Shown: positions 10,049 through 20,125, numbered from the stretch's first letter. The stretch: DNA of 64,000 bases from an uncultured delta proteobacterium (GCA_963826785.1 CAWGYD010000010.1:246434-310433); one strand, 5' to 3'. Made by a program: numbers and translations. Notes: generated by a model from the letters alone, not told the origin.

Positions 10049-10918
10049 ATGCTTTGCCACATACCGCATTTCCTGAGCGAAGAGAGCGAGTGGGTGGTCT
10101 TTCTTCACGGGCTCGGCGGGAATTCCAACATCTACTACAAACAGGTCGAAGCCTTTAAACCCCATTACAACCTGATGTTCATCGACCTGTTCGGACACGG
10201 CTGCACTCTGGAACAACTCAACGCCTACACCTTTGAGACACTGGCCAGTGCGGCGGTTGCGGTCTTTGATGCGGAGGGCATTGAATCCGCCCACCTGGTG
10301 GGGGTCTCTCTGGGCACCATCGTCATGGAGGCCTTCAGCCTGCTGGCCCCGGACCGGTTGAAAACCATGATATTGAGCGGTGCGGCCGAGGGGTATGATC
10401 TGCGGTCCCGGACCCTGCTGCGCCTGGGCGGTGTCCTGGAATACGTCATGCCCTACATGCTCCTTTACCGGCTGTTTGCCTATATCATGATGCCCCGGAA
10501 AAACCACACCGCATCCCGCCGGATCTTCATCCGGGAAGCCCGCAAACTGGGCGGGCACGAATTCAAAAAATGGTACCGGCTGATGGCGTCGCTGGAGCCG
10601 TTTTACGCATCCGTGCAGGAGCGCCCCCAGAAAATCATTCCCCGGCTCTACATTTCCGGGGACGAAGATTACCTGTTCATGCCCTTTGTCATCAAAAACC
10701 ATTTGAATGAATCCTTTTCCGCCATCCACATTATTGAAAAATGCGGTCATGTCTGCAATATTGAACAGGCCGACCGATTCAACCAGGTGGCCCTCGCCTA
10801 TCTGGGCCAGTATCCGGACCCCCCGGCGGACAAGCATATCCCGGCCGGCACCCGGGCATGCAGGATCGCCCGGACAATAAAATTTTCCGGAAACAACGCA
10901 ACCACCATGAAAAACTGA
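10049..10918 (+). CDS. Alpha/beta hydrolase
   Basis: FLHGLGG, DLFGHG, GVSLG nucleophile elbow, GHVCNIE. Confidence 0.85.
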   Translation: MLCHIPHFLSEESEWVVFLHGLGGNSNIYYKQVEAFKPHYNLMFIDLFGHGCTLEQLNAYTFETLASAAVAVFDAEGIESAHLVGVSLGTIVMEAFSLLAPDRLKTMILSGAAEGYDLRSRTLLRLGGVLEYVMPYMLLYRLFAYIMMPRKNHTASRRIFIREARKLGGHEFKKWYRLMASLEPFYASVQERPQKIIPRLYISGDEDYLFMPFVIKNHLNESFSAIHIIEKCGHVCNIEQADRFNQVALAYLGQYPDPPADKHIPAGTRACRIARTIKFSGNNATTMKN

Positions 10919-10975
10919 TTCGCATCAACCCTTATTTATTTATATAAACTTGAATCATTGACCAGGAGGAATGCC

Positions 10976-11482
10976 ATGAAGGAGAAAACAAAACAGAATG
11001 TGTATGACGCCTTTATTGGTGAAGCCAAGGCCTATTTTCGCCTGCTGGCTTATGCTGAAAAGGCCCGGGAGGAGGATATGGTGCAGGTGGCGCTTTTGTT
11101 TCGCGCCATTGCCGAGGCGGAGCGGGTCCACGCCACCCGCCACCTGAACCTGGCCAAAGAACTGGTGGTCAAGGACACGGACACCAACCTGGAAAAATCG
11201 TTTGAGCGGGAAACATCGGTCAGCGAAAACGTCTATCCGGATTTCATCAAGGATGCCGAGGACGAGGGCGAGAGCGCCGCCTCCCTGGTCTTCAGCCAGG
11301 CCCGGGACGCGGAAACCTATCACGCCAAACTCTATGAGCGCGCCATCATGAACATGATGAAAAACAAGGTGGAGTCCTATCATATCTGCCAGGTCTGCGG
11401 GTACGTGACGGACCGGAAAGCCCCGGACGCCTGCCCCATCTGCGGAGCCCCCAAAGAGCGCTTTAAAGCCGTAAATGAATAA
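10976..11482 (+). CDS. rbr: Rubrerythrin family protein
   Basis: AFIGE, AEAERVHA, AETYHA diiron ligands; CQVCG...CPICG rubredoxin domain; AGGAGG RBS. Confidence 0.92.
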   Translation: MKEKTKQNVYDAFIGEAKAYFRLLAYAEKAREEDMVQVALLFRAIAEAERVHATRHLNLAKELVVKDTDTNLEKSFERETSVSENVYPDFIKDAEDEGESAASLVFSQARDAETYHAKLYERAIMNMMKNKVESYHICQVCGYVTDRKAPDACPICGAPKERFKAVNE

Positions 11483-11521
11483 TCCCGATACCTGGAAAAC
11501 GCCATTAACTCAGGGTTTTGC

Positions 11522-11600
11522 CGTCACCCCGGCAAAGGCGGGGTCCAGAACTGCCGGCACCCGGGCAAAGGCCGGGGTCCAGAACTGCCCGTCATTCCCG
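11522..11600. repeat. REP-like GTCA-hairpin units (tandem, degenerate)
   Basis: Two copies of CACCC(C/G)GGCAAAGGC(C)GGGGTCCAGAACTGCC followed by a truncated GTCATTCCCG. Confidence 0.7.
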
Positions 11601-11618
11601 AACCCTGCCTCCTATCTT

Positions 11619-11705
11619 CTCCCCCCTTTCCTTCAAAGGGGGGTCGGGGGGGATTTTTTTTATTTCTCCCCCCTTTTTTGCAAAGGGAGGCCGGGGGGGA
11701 TTTTT
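11619..11705. repeat. C-run/G-run palindromic repeat (two units)
   Basis: CTCCCCCCTTT..AAAGGG.G...GGGGGGGATTTT twice. Confidence 0.75.
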
Positions 11706-11784
11706 CAAACTGACTCACAAATTTTTCCCCGAAAGAACAAATCAGCCACTTGCGAATAACCACCAAACAAACCGTAAATCCTCC

Positions 11785-12309
11785 ATGAAAAAGGGATATA
11801 TCCAGGTCTACACCGGCGACGGCAAAGGAAAAACCACCGCGGCCCTGGGCCTTTCCCTCCGCGCGGCCGGCGCCGGCCTGAAAGTCTATTTCGCCCAGTT
11901 CTTAAAAAAATGGGACTACTGCGAATTAAAAGCCCTAGAGCGCTACGCGGACCTGATCACCATCGAGCAGTTCGGGGCCGACGAACATATCATCGGCGCC
12001 CCTAAAACCCAGGATTTCGAAGCCGCACAGCGCGGCTTATCCGCGGTGCGCGCGGCCATGGACTCTGGCGATTACGACGTGGTGGTCATGGACGAGGCCG
12101 GCGTCGCCGAACGCTTCGGCGTCATCTCCACCGAAGAGATCCTGAATATCATCAGAGAAAAGCCGGAGAGCATGGAGCTAATCCTCACCGGCCGGTGGGT
12201 TTCCCAAGAAGTCCTCGCCGCAGCCGACCTGGTCACGGAAATGAAAATGATCCGCCACTACTACAACGAACCCCTGTGCGTCCGTGCACGCAAGGGGATC
12301 GAAAATTGA
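11785..12309 (+). CDS. cobO: Cob(I)yrinic acid a,c-diamide / cob(I)alamin adenosyltransferase
   Basis: GYIQVYTGDGKGKTTAALG, AQFLK, VMDE, ELILTGR, ADLVTEM, ARKGIE. Confidence 0.93.
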   Translation: MKKGYIQVYTGDGKGKTTAALGLSLRAAGAGLKVYFAQFLKKWDYCELKALERYADLITIEQFGADEHIIGAPKTQDFEAAQRGLSAVRAAMDSGDYDVVVMDEAGVAERFGVISTEEILNIIREKPESMELILTGRWVSQEVLAAADLVTEMKMIRHYYNEPLCVRARKGIEN

Positions 12310-12903
12310 TTGGCCATCGTTGTCGGCCGGAACAGACCCACCCGATGATACCTTGCTTTATCCAAAGTGCGGCAAGCCTCTTTTTCATTGTCTAAATCAA
12401 ATAAAAATGCTAACTATTCATACAGTTATTATCAGATCAATTTTTAAGCGACCGGTCCTTTTCGTCTTAATATTTATTCATTCTTTCTGGTGATCCTTCC
12501 TTTTTTCGTGATAAACAGAAACTGCTTAATAACTTAGCTGCAAGGGAAATGGATGATGATTACAAGAAACATAAGGTATGCAGGATGTGGATATGAGGGA
12601 AAAGTCGAAGCCCACGATACTGCCGGTGTTTACTCAGGAATCTAATATATTTAAAACTCTTGGTAAGGATTCCGCCTCGGGTTTCCTTAACTTCTTAACT
12701 TGAATCAGGCAATTCCAAGGACAAGTCGCAAATTAAATGCCTACGAGCTTTTGAGGGCCCATTCTCGGCCATGATGAATTTCGCTGACCTCGCTCTCGGC
12801 ACACCCATTGATAATAAAAAGACCTGCCATCCTTGCAAACGTGGGTTATGTTGGAAGTCATTTTAAACCACCCAACACAGAGCCAAAACCAAGGAGGCAG
12901 GTC

Positions 12904-14019
12904 ATGACAGAGAATAGCACATTTATTGGTATGGACGTCCATAAAAATTCCATCGATATCGCCATTGCGCAAACCGGCCGTGACGGAGAGATCCTGCACT
13001 ACGGCCAAATAGACGGCACCCTTGCAGCAATAGACAAGGTGGTTCGAAAATTGGTCAGCAAAGGCAACCGGCTGCATTTTGTGTATGAGGCCGGCCCCTG
13101 CGGATACCAGATCTACCGCCACCTCACCTCCCGGGGCTTCGATTGCTCGGTAGTGGCTCCTTCCAGGATCCCCAAACCCAGTGGCAAGCAGATCAAAAAC
13201 GATCGCCGGGATGCCCTGATGCTTGCCCGCTTGCATCGCGCCGGCGAACTGACCGCTGTTCACGTTCCCCTGGCTGAGGACGAGGCCGTCAGAGATCTGA
13301 CCCGAGCCCGGGAGGATGCCAAGGGCGATGAGAAAAAAAGCAAACAGCGTCTGCTGGCCTTTTTGCTTCGCAGCGGCATCCGCTATACGGGCCGGGCATC
13401 GTGGAGCCAGGCCCATATGCGCTGGCTGTCCGACATTAAGATGCCCCACCGGTCACAGCAGGTTGTCCTGCAGGAATATATCGGCACCCTGAACCAGTGC
13501 AAAGATCGGGTACAGCGGTTAACCGATCAGATCCGGCAGCTGTTGCCCGAATGGCAACTGTTCCCGGTCGTTCAAGCGCTTCAGAGCATGCGCGGTGTTT
13601 CAATGATCGTGGCGGCCACGACGATTGCCGAAATCGGCGACCTGAAACGATTTGAAAATCCTGCCGAGCTGATGAGCTACCTGGGCCTGGTGCCGTCGGA
13701 ATCTTCCAGCGGCCAAAAGATCAGGCGCGGCTCGATCACCAAGACCGGCAATGGCCATGTGCGGCGTGTATTGGTTGAGGCTGCCTGGGCCTACCGGCTG
13801 CCGGCCAGAGTCAGCCGGGTATTGCTCAAACGGCAAGAAGACTTGCCACAATCTATTTGCGACATTGCATGGAAAGCCCAACTCCGACTATGTTCGCGCT
13901 ACCGGCACCTATGGGCCAAAGGCAAAGTGAAACAAGTCATCGTAACTGCAATCGCAAGAGAACTTTGTGCTTTCATGTGGGCGATCGCCAATGAAACAAA
14001 AGTTCCAGTAGCGGCATAA
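12904..14019 (+). CDS. IS110 family transposase/recombinase (DEDD RuvC-like + Tnp domain)
   Basis: IGMDVHK, VYEAGP, KNDRRDA (DEDD); YLGLVPSESSSG serine loop; ITKTGNGHVRRVLVEAAW; AAGGAGG RBS. Confidence 0.96.
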   Translation: MTENSTFIGMDVHKNSIDIAIAQTGRDGEILHYGQIDGTLAAIDKVVRKLVSKGNRLHFVYEAGPCGYQIYRHLTSRGFDCSVVAPSRIPKPSGKQIKNDRRDALMLARLHRAGELTAVHVPLAEDEAVRDLTRAREDAKGDEKKSKQRLLAFLLRSGIRYTGRASWSQAHMRWLSDIKMPHRSQQVVLQEYIGTLNQCKDRVQRLTDQIRQLLPEWQLFPVVQALQSMRGVSMIVAATTIAEIGDLKRFENPAELMSYLGLVPSESSSGQKIRRGSITKTGNGHVRRVLVEAAWAYRLPARVSRVLLKRQEDLPQSICDIAWKAQLRLCSRYRHLWAKGKVKQVIVTAIARELCAFMWAIANETKVPVAA

Positions 14020-14086
14020 CAAAGAACCCATTACAACGGACGCATTTACAAATAAAGGATATTTAAAACGAAAAAAAACATCATTA

Positions 14087-14281
14087 TTCCAAGGCAGCCA
14101 TAGGGGCGCAACCACGGCCAGGAGAACCCTCGAGGACACTATTGGATAAGCCTTAGGGCCGAACTCCCGAAATTAGACCGAGGCAGCTCCGCGACGAAGC
14201 TAAGTCATGCGGTACCCAACCCGCGAATATCAGAGTGATCAACCGTCGCCACACGGTTCCGCCCCTTTGGGTGCCTTGGAA
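14087..14281 (+). ncRNA. Candidate IS110 bridge/seek RNA in the right non-coding end
   Basis: Outer stem 14087-14113 pairs with 14255-14281; two inner stem/internal-loop/hairpin modules (14121-14190, 14191-14249). Confidence 0.65.
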
Positions 14282-14336
14282 CATAAACCACAACAAGGAC
14301 TGTTGAAAAACAGTTGGCAGGAAGTGCTTTTTTCTC

Positions 14337-14342
14337 TTGACA
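14337..14342 (+). promoter_or_regulatory. Outward-facing -35 box at the IS110 right end (junction promoter half)
   Basis: Perfect TTGACA 15 bp from the inferred end; known arrangement in IS110 circles. Confidence 0.6.
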
Positions 14343-15355
14343 ACTGTCAACCATATCAAATGTCCATCTTGCAAAGAGGATATAGCAATTGATCCAATTA
14401 AAGCTATAGCCTCAAAGACGAAAATGATTGGCTTTCCTTCCTCATATCTCCTTTCGGGGAAACGCGGTGGTTCAAATAGGCCATCCCTATTATTTGGGGA
14501 CTTTTGAGCCTTATAGTTGCAATTTTTATTGTTTCTAAATTTACTGGATGGTGGGTTTATATAGAGAGCAGCTTTATGCTCATGATGGCATTGGGTTCGC
14601 GAAAAACTGGCTTTTTTGCCCTTCGGAGATAATGGGATAACAGAACTTACTGAACCTGGTACTGTTTCCGAAGAAACAAAGAAGGCATTTCAGGATAGAT
14701 TATAGTTAGAGAATTAATATTATTTTAACAACCGCATCAAATAATCGATCAACATACTGACAAAAATAATGAAATCAAAGTTATGGAAAAAATTATTTAC
14801 GCGAAACCGAAAAATAAATCGATATTTTTTTATTTAATATCGAAACTAACCATTACCTCGACAATAAATTAAATTTATATAGATATTCATTATTTGAGCA
14901 TTATATCAATGTTCAAGATGAGTTTTATGAGTTTATCAAAGGTTATCATACAATTCCTGTTGATAAATAGATATGCTTTGAAAGTGCGGCTAATGAATCA
15001 ATATCCTTCGATATAAATGTAAATGATTACGATAAGGAGTTAGTAATTAATCGAATTTTGGTTAATAGAAAACTTGGCACACGCGGTGGTACTACGTAAA
15101 TGGCGCTTTCAAGATGGGAGTCTATTTACACATTTTTTTATGAGCAGGAATGATCAAAAGCCAATACCTCGAAAAATTCGCAAAAAATATAAAGACAAGA
15201 ATAGACCTCGTACAGCATCTTGTTGAAGAAAGAATGACAGATGATGGATTTGCAAAACCCGAAATTTACGACAAAATGACCGAAAAGAGCCTGTTTGTCA
15301 TTGCCGGAAGGGACAATAGCCATGATTATAGAAACGTATGTCAGCCTTAAGATCA

Positions 15356-16402
15356 TCAGTCGATCACTTCGTATAATCTTCGCTGCTCTTTCGGCATGGC
15401 CATCAGTCTTTTTTCGGCTTCTTCAGGCGATACCGCTTCACAGGAACCATCCGGAAGCTGAACCACCACACCGCTGTTCACCAGCATTTTATACCTTTTT
15501 TTACGCACTTCCTTGTCCGGATGACAGAGCAGCATACAGTTGCAGCAGGTAAATGCCACCCGGTTTCCGGGCATCAGAAAATGAAAGAAGCCGCCTTCTT
15601 CCCTGGGTCTTTTTTTGTAAGCCTCTGCTGAATGGATAATGGCTGTGTAAAAATCCTCATCTTTTTCCGGAATGGGAAACCGGGCCGGCGACCAGGTGGA
15701 CCACTTTCCGGATTTATGAAGGCCCGTAAAGCCGCCGCACACATAATCACACCGGCTGTGGTGGCGGCGCTTGGAATACGAAAATTCCCTGTCTCCCATG
15801 GAAACAGTTGTTTTTTCGTTTTCTGACATATACCCGGAGGCACACGATGCCATGCACAACCGGCATTCATCGCAATAGTTGTCTTCTTCCGGCAATGGAT
15901 TCGTCGGAATCAGCTCCGCCGTGGTAACCAGAGATCCCAGGGCAACAGCTGCGCCGTATTCGTTGGTGATCACATTTCCGGACAACCCGAAATGCCCGAT
16001 ACCGGACCGGACCGCCAGGTATCGATGGGATATGGGCGGTTTTTCATCCAAAGCCCCATTGGGCGTGTCGGTCCGATAGGTGATATTTGCCGTCTGCCCC
16101 ACCGATGGATGCCCTTTCTGGGACAGGTAGCCGGCAATTTCAAAGGAGATGCCGGTCACCTGTGTATTGGTGCGGACATTGTCGGTTTCATGGGATCTGC
16201 GGTCTTTTTTGGAAAGATAGGGTTCGATATGATCCTGATTAAACGGCACCAGAAAACTGACCGCAGACTTTGCGCCCGGCAGCACATAGGATAAGTCCGC
16301 AGATGGCGGCCCGCCTTTCAGAGTTTCGGTAGTTGCGATCCCCACTGCGGTTGCGCCCAGACATTTTGCCAACTCCTTGACCCGGCTGGTTAATTTTTCC
16401 AT
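15356..16402 (-). CDS. QueG/reductive-dehalogenase-like iron-sulfur protein
   Basis: LAKCLGATAVGI, ISHRYLAVRSGIGHFGLSG..I...YG, LVTTAEL, CDECRLCMASC, RCDYVC, CCNCMLLC. Confidence 0.75.
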   Translation of the reverse strand: MEKLTSRVKELAKCLGATAVGIATTETLKGGPPSADLSYVLPGAKSAVSFLVPFNQDHIEPYLSKKDRRSHETDNVRTNTQVTGISFEIAGYLSQKGHPSVGQTANITYRTDTPNGALDEKPPISHRYLAVRSGIGHFGLSGNVITNEYGAAVALGSLVTTAELIPTNPLPEEDNYCDECRLCMASCASGYMSENEKTTVSMGDREFSYSKRRHHSRCDYVCGGFTGLHKSGKWSTWSPARFPIPEKDEDFYTAIIHSAEAYKKRPREEGGFFHFLMPGNRVAFTCCNCMLLCHPDKEVRKKRYKMLVNSGVVVQLPDGSCEAVSPEEAEKRLMAMPKEQRRLYEVID

Positions 16403-16612
16403 CTTTTTTCCTTTGGATCTTTCTGAATTGATTGATTGTGATATATCTTATCATTCACGGTGCGGTGCAGGAATAATTATTTCAGCGTGTCGGCCGGGTC
16501 AATGCGGTTTTTATGTCAGGGCATGAGAATTCGGGGACACCTGTAAAATCAGTTGAAAGCGATTGAGGCATGACATTTTTCCTGATTAATGTATAAAGGG
16601 CCGTGGAGCTTA

Positions 16613-16645
16613 AATCCCCCCTGCCCCCCTTTGCGAAAGGGGGGA
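16613..16645. repeat. C-run/G-run palindromic repeat
   Basis: AATCCCCCCTGCCCCCCTTTGCGAAAGGGGGG. Confidence 0.7.
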
Positions 16646-16693
16646 AAAAAAGGAACAAAACGCTTTATTATTGGAATTGTCTGAACAAGATAG

Positions 16694-17311
16694 ATGCGCA
16701 ATTTAAATATTTACCAGCAAGAACAGCTTGAAACTCTGCTGGCGGTCCGGGATTATCTTTTACGGCTTGCCCCCCGGGAGCTTCAGCGGTTAACGGACAA
16801 AATCTCCCCCTACCTGTCGTTCCGAAATGACGTGTCCGTCTTTTCAAATGCCCATTTCGCGGATGTCTGCAACGAGAAATGCTATCGGGAACGGCTCAGT
16901 GCGTGCTGCTCCAGAGACGGGATTATCGTGTTCTTCGCAGACGTGGTGATCAATGCGCTCGTATCCAGTGACAAGGATCTGGATCGGCTGGAGGAAGCCA
17001 TTTGCCACCCGGAAACCGAATTCAAGTGCATCTTCCTTTCCGATTCCGGATGCCTGTGGCGGGTCAAACCGATCGTCTGCGAAATGTTTATCTGTGACGA
17101 GGCCAAAAAGAAGGTGTTTGATGACAATCCTGCCGCGGCCGGTCAATGGGAGCAGTTCGAGGCCATCCGGGAAGGCTTTACCTGGCCGGATCAGCCGGTG
17201 CTGTTTGAATACCTGGAGGATTTCTTCATGAAAGCGGGGTGCCAGTCCCCGTTGATGCACATCCACACCAGTCCGGGGCTCATGCGCGTTCGGCGGGCGA
17301 GGAAGAAATAA
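16694..17311 (+). CDS. Cys-rich hypothetical protein (YkgJ-like metal-binding)
   Basis: CNEKC..ACC and CIFL...GCL...KPIVCEMFIC. Confidence 0.6.
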   Translation: MRNLNIYQQEQLETLLAVRDYLLRLAPRELQRLTDKISPYLSFRNDVSVFSNAHFADVCNEKCYRERLSACCSRDGIIVFFADVVINALVSSDKDLDRLEEAICHPETEFKCIFLSDSGCLWRVKPIVCEMFICDEAKKKVFDDNPAAAGQWEQFEAIREGFTWPDQPVLFEYLEDFFMKAGCQSPLMHIHTSPGLMRVRRARKK

Positions 17312-17322
17312 GCAGTCTCCGC

Positions 17323-18247
17323 CTACATGTTGACCTGATCCCGCCCTTTTAATTTGAGCAGTTGGCGGGTTTCATCCGGGGTGCAGGGTTCATAGCCGAA
17401 CTCGGCGGCGATGCGCACCATTTTTTCCACCAGCTCGGCATTGGATTTGGCCATCTCTCCCGGGCCCAGCCAGAGGTTGTCCTCCAGCCCCACTCTGGCC
17501 CCGCCGCCCAGAAACAGGGACGTGGCGGCCATGGGAAATTCGTGTTTGCCCGCGCCGATGGTGGAGAACATGAAATCGCCCCCGAACAGCGACTTACCGG
17601 TCTGCTTCATATGCACCAGGTGCTCGATGGTGGAGGCGATGCCGCCTAAAATCCCTGTGACGAACTGGACGTAAAAAGGGGCGGCGATCCCGCCCCGGGC
17701 ATAGAGGTGATGGGCATTGTGCAGATGCCCCACATCGTAGGCTTCAAATTCCGGCTTGGTGCCGGTCTCCGCAAATACGGATAGAATCCGCTCCAGGTCG
17801 GCAAAGGTGTTGCGGAAGATAAAATCCTTGGACATCTCCAGGTACCTGGGCTCCCACTCGTGTTCCCAGTCCTTGATTTTCTCCAGCACCGGGAACAGGG
17901 CAAAATTCATGGACCCCAGGTTGCAGGAGGCCAGTTCCGGGCTTGAACCGGGGAACGGCTGCGATGCGCTCGTCCACGGTCATGTTCATGCCCCCGCCGG
18001 TGGTGATGCAGATCACCACATCGCTTTTCGCATGGATGGCCGACACGATCTCTCCCATCAGGTCCGTATCCCCGGTGGGCATGCCCGTTTCCGGGTCCCG
18101 GGCGTGCACGTGCACCGTGGATGCGCCGGCCTCTGCCGCATCAATTGCCTGGGCCGCGATATCTTCGGGTTTGATGGGCAGATAGGGCGCCATGGTGGGG
18201 GTATGGATGGCGCCGGTAACCGCGCAGTTTAGAATGAACTTGGGCAT
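17323..18247 (-). CDS. Beta-keto acid cleavage enzyme (BKACE/Kce family), frameshift near 17940
   Basis: CAVTGAIH, VHVHARD, ITTGG, then in the second frame KPEFEAYD and RVGLEDN. Confidence 0.88.
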
Positions 18248-18285
18248 GGGATTTCCTTTCAAGGAATTTATTTCGATGCTTCGAT

Positions 18286-18361
18286 CGTCATACCCGCTAA
18301 GGCGGACATCCGGAAAAGTCTGTTCAGCCACTCTGGATGCCGGATCAAGTCCGGCATGACG
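18286..18361. repeat. REP-like doublet (CGTCAT...ATGACG)
   Basis: GTCATACCCGCTAAGGCGGACATCC...GGATGCCGGATCAAGTCCGGCATGAC inverted pair. Confidence 0.7.
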
Positions 18362-18419
18362 CCCTATTTTGGGCAAGTTCCTTCCTGCAAAAACGCAGTA
18401 AAGCAGAGTCGGCAAATTT

Positions 18420-19200
18420 TTACCCTTCGATGATCGCCACCGGCCGGGTCCATCCGGCGGATGCGGACTTGATTTTCACGGGGAAGCAGCACACCTTGAA
18501 CCCATGCGGTTCGGGGATTTTGTCCAGGTTGGTCATTTTCTCCATGTGGCAGTAGCCTTTTTCGATGCCGGCAAAGTGCGCTTCCCAGATCACGGAAGGA
18601 TCGCCGGTCTTCTGGAATTCGTCCGCCAGAAACAGGCAGCGGCCGGTCCCAGGACCACGCATCGATTCCAACGACCTTCACCCCCTGCTCCAGCAGGTAG
18701 AGGGTCGACTCCCGGGTCATCCCCGCCCCCTTGACCAGGTATTCCGGCTTTCCCCACCAGGCATCCGCGCCGGTGCGCACCAGTACGATATCCAGCGGTT
18801 TGATCGCATATCCGATTTCAAACAATTTTTCCCGGACGTCTTGGGCGGTGATCCGCTCACCATCTCCCTTATGAGAAAAATCGAGCAGCACGCCATCCTG
18901 GAAGCACCATTCCAGGGGCACTTCATCGATGGTCAGGGCCGGTTTCCCCTTGTCCATGAAGGGATGATAATGATACGGCGCATCCAGGTGGGTCCCGGAA
19001 TGGGTGGTCAACTGGACAAATTCCACGGACCAGCCCAGTCCTCCGGGAAGCTGCTCCTTTTTGAGTCCCGGAAAGAACATCTCCATCTGTTCGGCTCCCT
19101 GGGCATGGGTGATGTAATCCACCTTGGGGATCATCATTTCCGGATCACTGGGCAGCCCCGTCTCAATGGCAATGGAAAGATCGATTATCCGACGCGCCAT
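18420..19200 (-). CDS. Cyclase family metal-dependent amidohydrolase (KynB-like), frameshift near 18635
   Basis: IIDLS, HSGTHLDAP, VLVRTG, VVGID; second frame HMEKMTNL...SAGWTRPVA. Confidence 0.88.
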
Positions 19201-19313
19201 TTTTCACCTCCGATCTTTACGTGAATGTTTGCGGCATGGGTACGCTCCGGGGTTGGTTACGGTTTCAATGATTCTACCACGAAAGGCACGACGCGCATAA
19301 AAAATTGTGCGGG

Positions 19314-20015
19314 TTACATCTGGGAAACCAGAGACTTGAACCGGTCAAATTCGGTTGCGGCGGGCAGCTGCCGCTGCTCCAGAAATGAAATGACGCCCGG
19401 GCTGTTGAGCCGGAGGAAAGGGTCTACCTTGACTTCGTCTTCCAAGGTGGACCGCACATGGGCGGGATCATACTTTTTCAAGTACTTATCAATGTATGGA
19501 TTGCCGGGTTCCACCTTTCGATCAAATTCGATGTATTCCTCTACATAATCGTGCCCGGCGTAGACTAGGGTGTCCATCGGAAGTTTCAACAGGGCCTGAA
19601 TGGATTTATAAAATCCTTCTAAGTCGCCGGTGAAGCAGCGGCCTACCTTGCCGTTGAACAGGGTGTCTCCGGAGATCAGGAACGGCGGCGCATGAAAACA
19701 GATCGAATCTTCGGTGTGGCCCGGTGTGGGGATGACGCGGATATCTTCACCCCCGAGTAAAATGGTGCCTTTTTTGACGGCTTCACGGGGAGAAAGCGTT
19801 TGGGCACCGGTATGGCGGGTCAGTTCAGCGTTTCCGGGGGTGTGGTCCGGGTGGGAGTGGGTGTTGGTGACATACTTAAGGGTGAGGCGGCGCTCATCCA
19901 GGAAAGACGTCATCTCCGCGGCCGCCCCGCCGTCAATGGCCATCGCCTCGCCTTCGGCATAAAGAAGGTATCCAAGGTTATTGTCGCCGTGATAACGAAA
20001 TTGTTTGATATCCAT
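19314..20015 (-). CDS. gloB: Hydroxyacylglutathione hydrolase-like metallo-beta-lactamase
   Basis: THSHPDH, TPGHT, SGDTLF, GHDY, STL..E...PFLR. Confidence 0.82.
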   Translation of the reverse strand: MDIKQFRYHGDNNLGYLLYAEGEAMAIDGGAAAEMTSFLDERRLTLKYVTNTHSHPDHTPGNAELTRHTGAQTLSPREAVKKGTILLGGEDIRVIPTPGHTEDSICFHAPPFLISGDTLFNGKVGRCFTGDLEGFYKSIQALLKLPMDTLVYAGHDYVEEYIEFDRKVEPGNPYIDKYLKKYDPAHVRSTLEDEVKVDPFLRLNSPGVISFLEQRQLPAATEFDRFKSLVSQM

Positions 20016-20125
20016 TATGCCCCTCCCCTCTTCCCCAATTATCCGATTTGCGCCAGAGTGACAACTTCGGATTTTCCGGGAAATCGCTCCAAAAAATTAT
20101 GGTTTTTTGCAAACCGGCCGGCTTA

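Larger units (their letters stand above)
12695..14357 (+). mobile_element. IS110-family insertion sequence (ends tentative)
   Basis: Transposase plus long non-coding ends, no TIR/TSD pattern; TC dinucleotide at both junctions (12693-12694, 14356-14357); removal restores a flanking reading frame. Confidence 0.75.
12553..14704 (+). pseudogene. Decayed Zn-ribbon/membrane protein gene interrupted by the IS110 element
   Basis: Left part MMITRNIRYAGCGYEG...GKDSASGFLNF (to 12694) joins in frame to KCPSCKEDIAIDP (from 14358); further frameshifts and a hydrophobic tail. Confidence 0.5.

Noticed and set aside
11483..11784. Cobalamin riboswitch or N-terminal extension of cobO
   Set aside because: The region is made of repeat elements, no B12 box is seen, and homology starts at MKKGY
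15356..16402. Calling this a respiratory reductive dehalogenase
   Set aside because: No Tat signal and no membrane-anchor gene; only the shared core is visible
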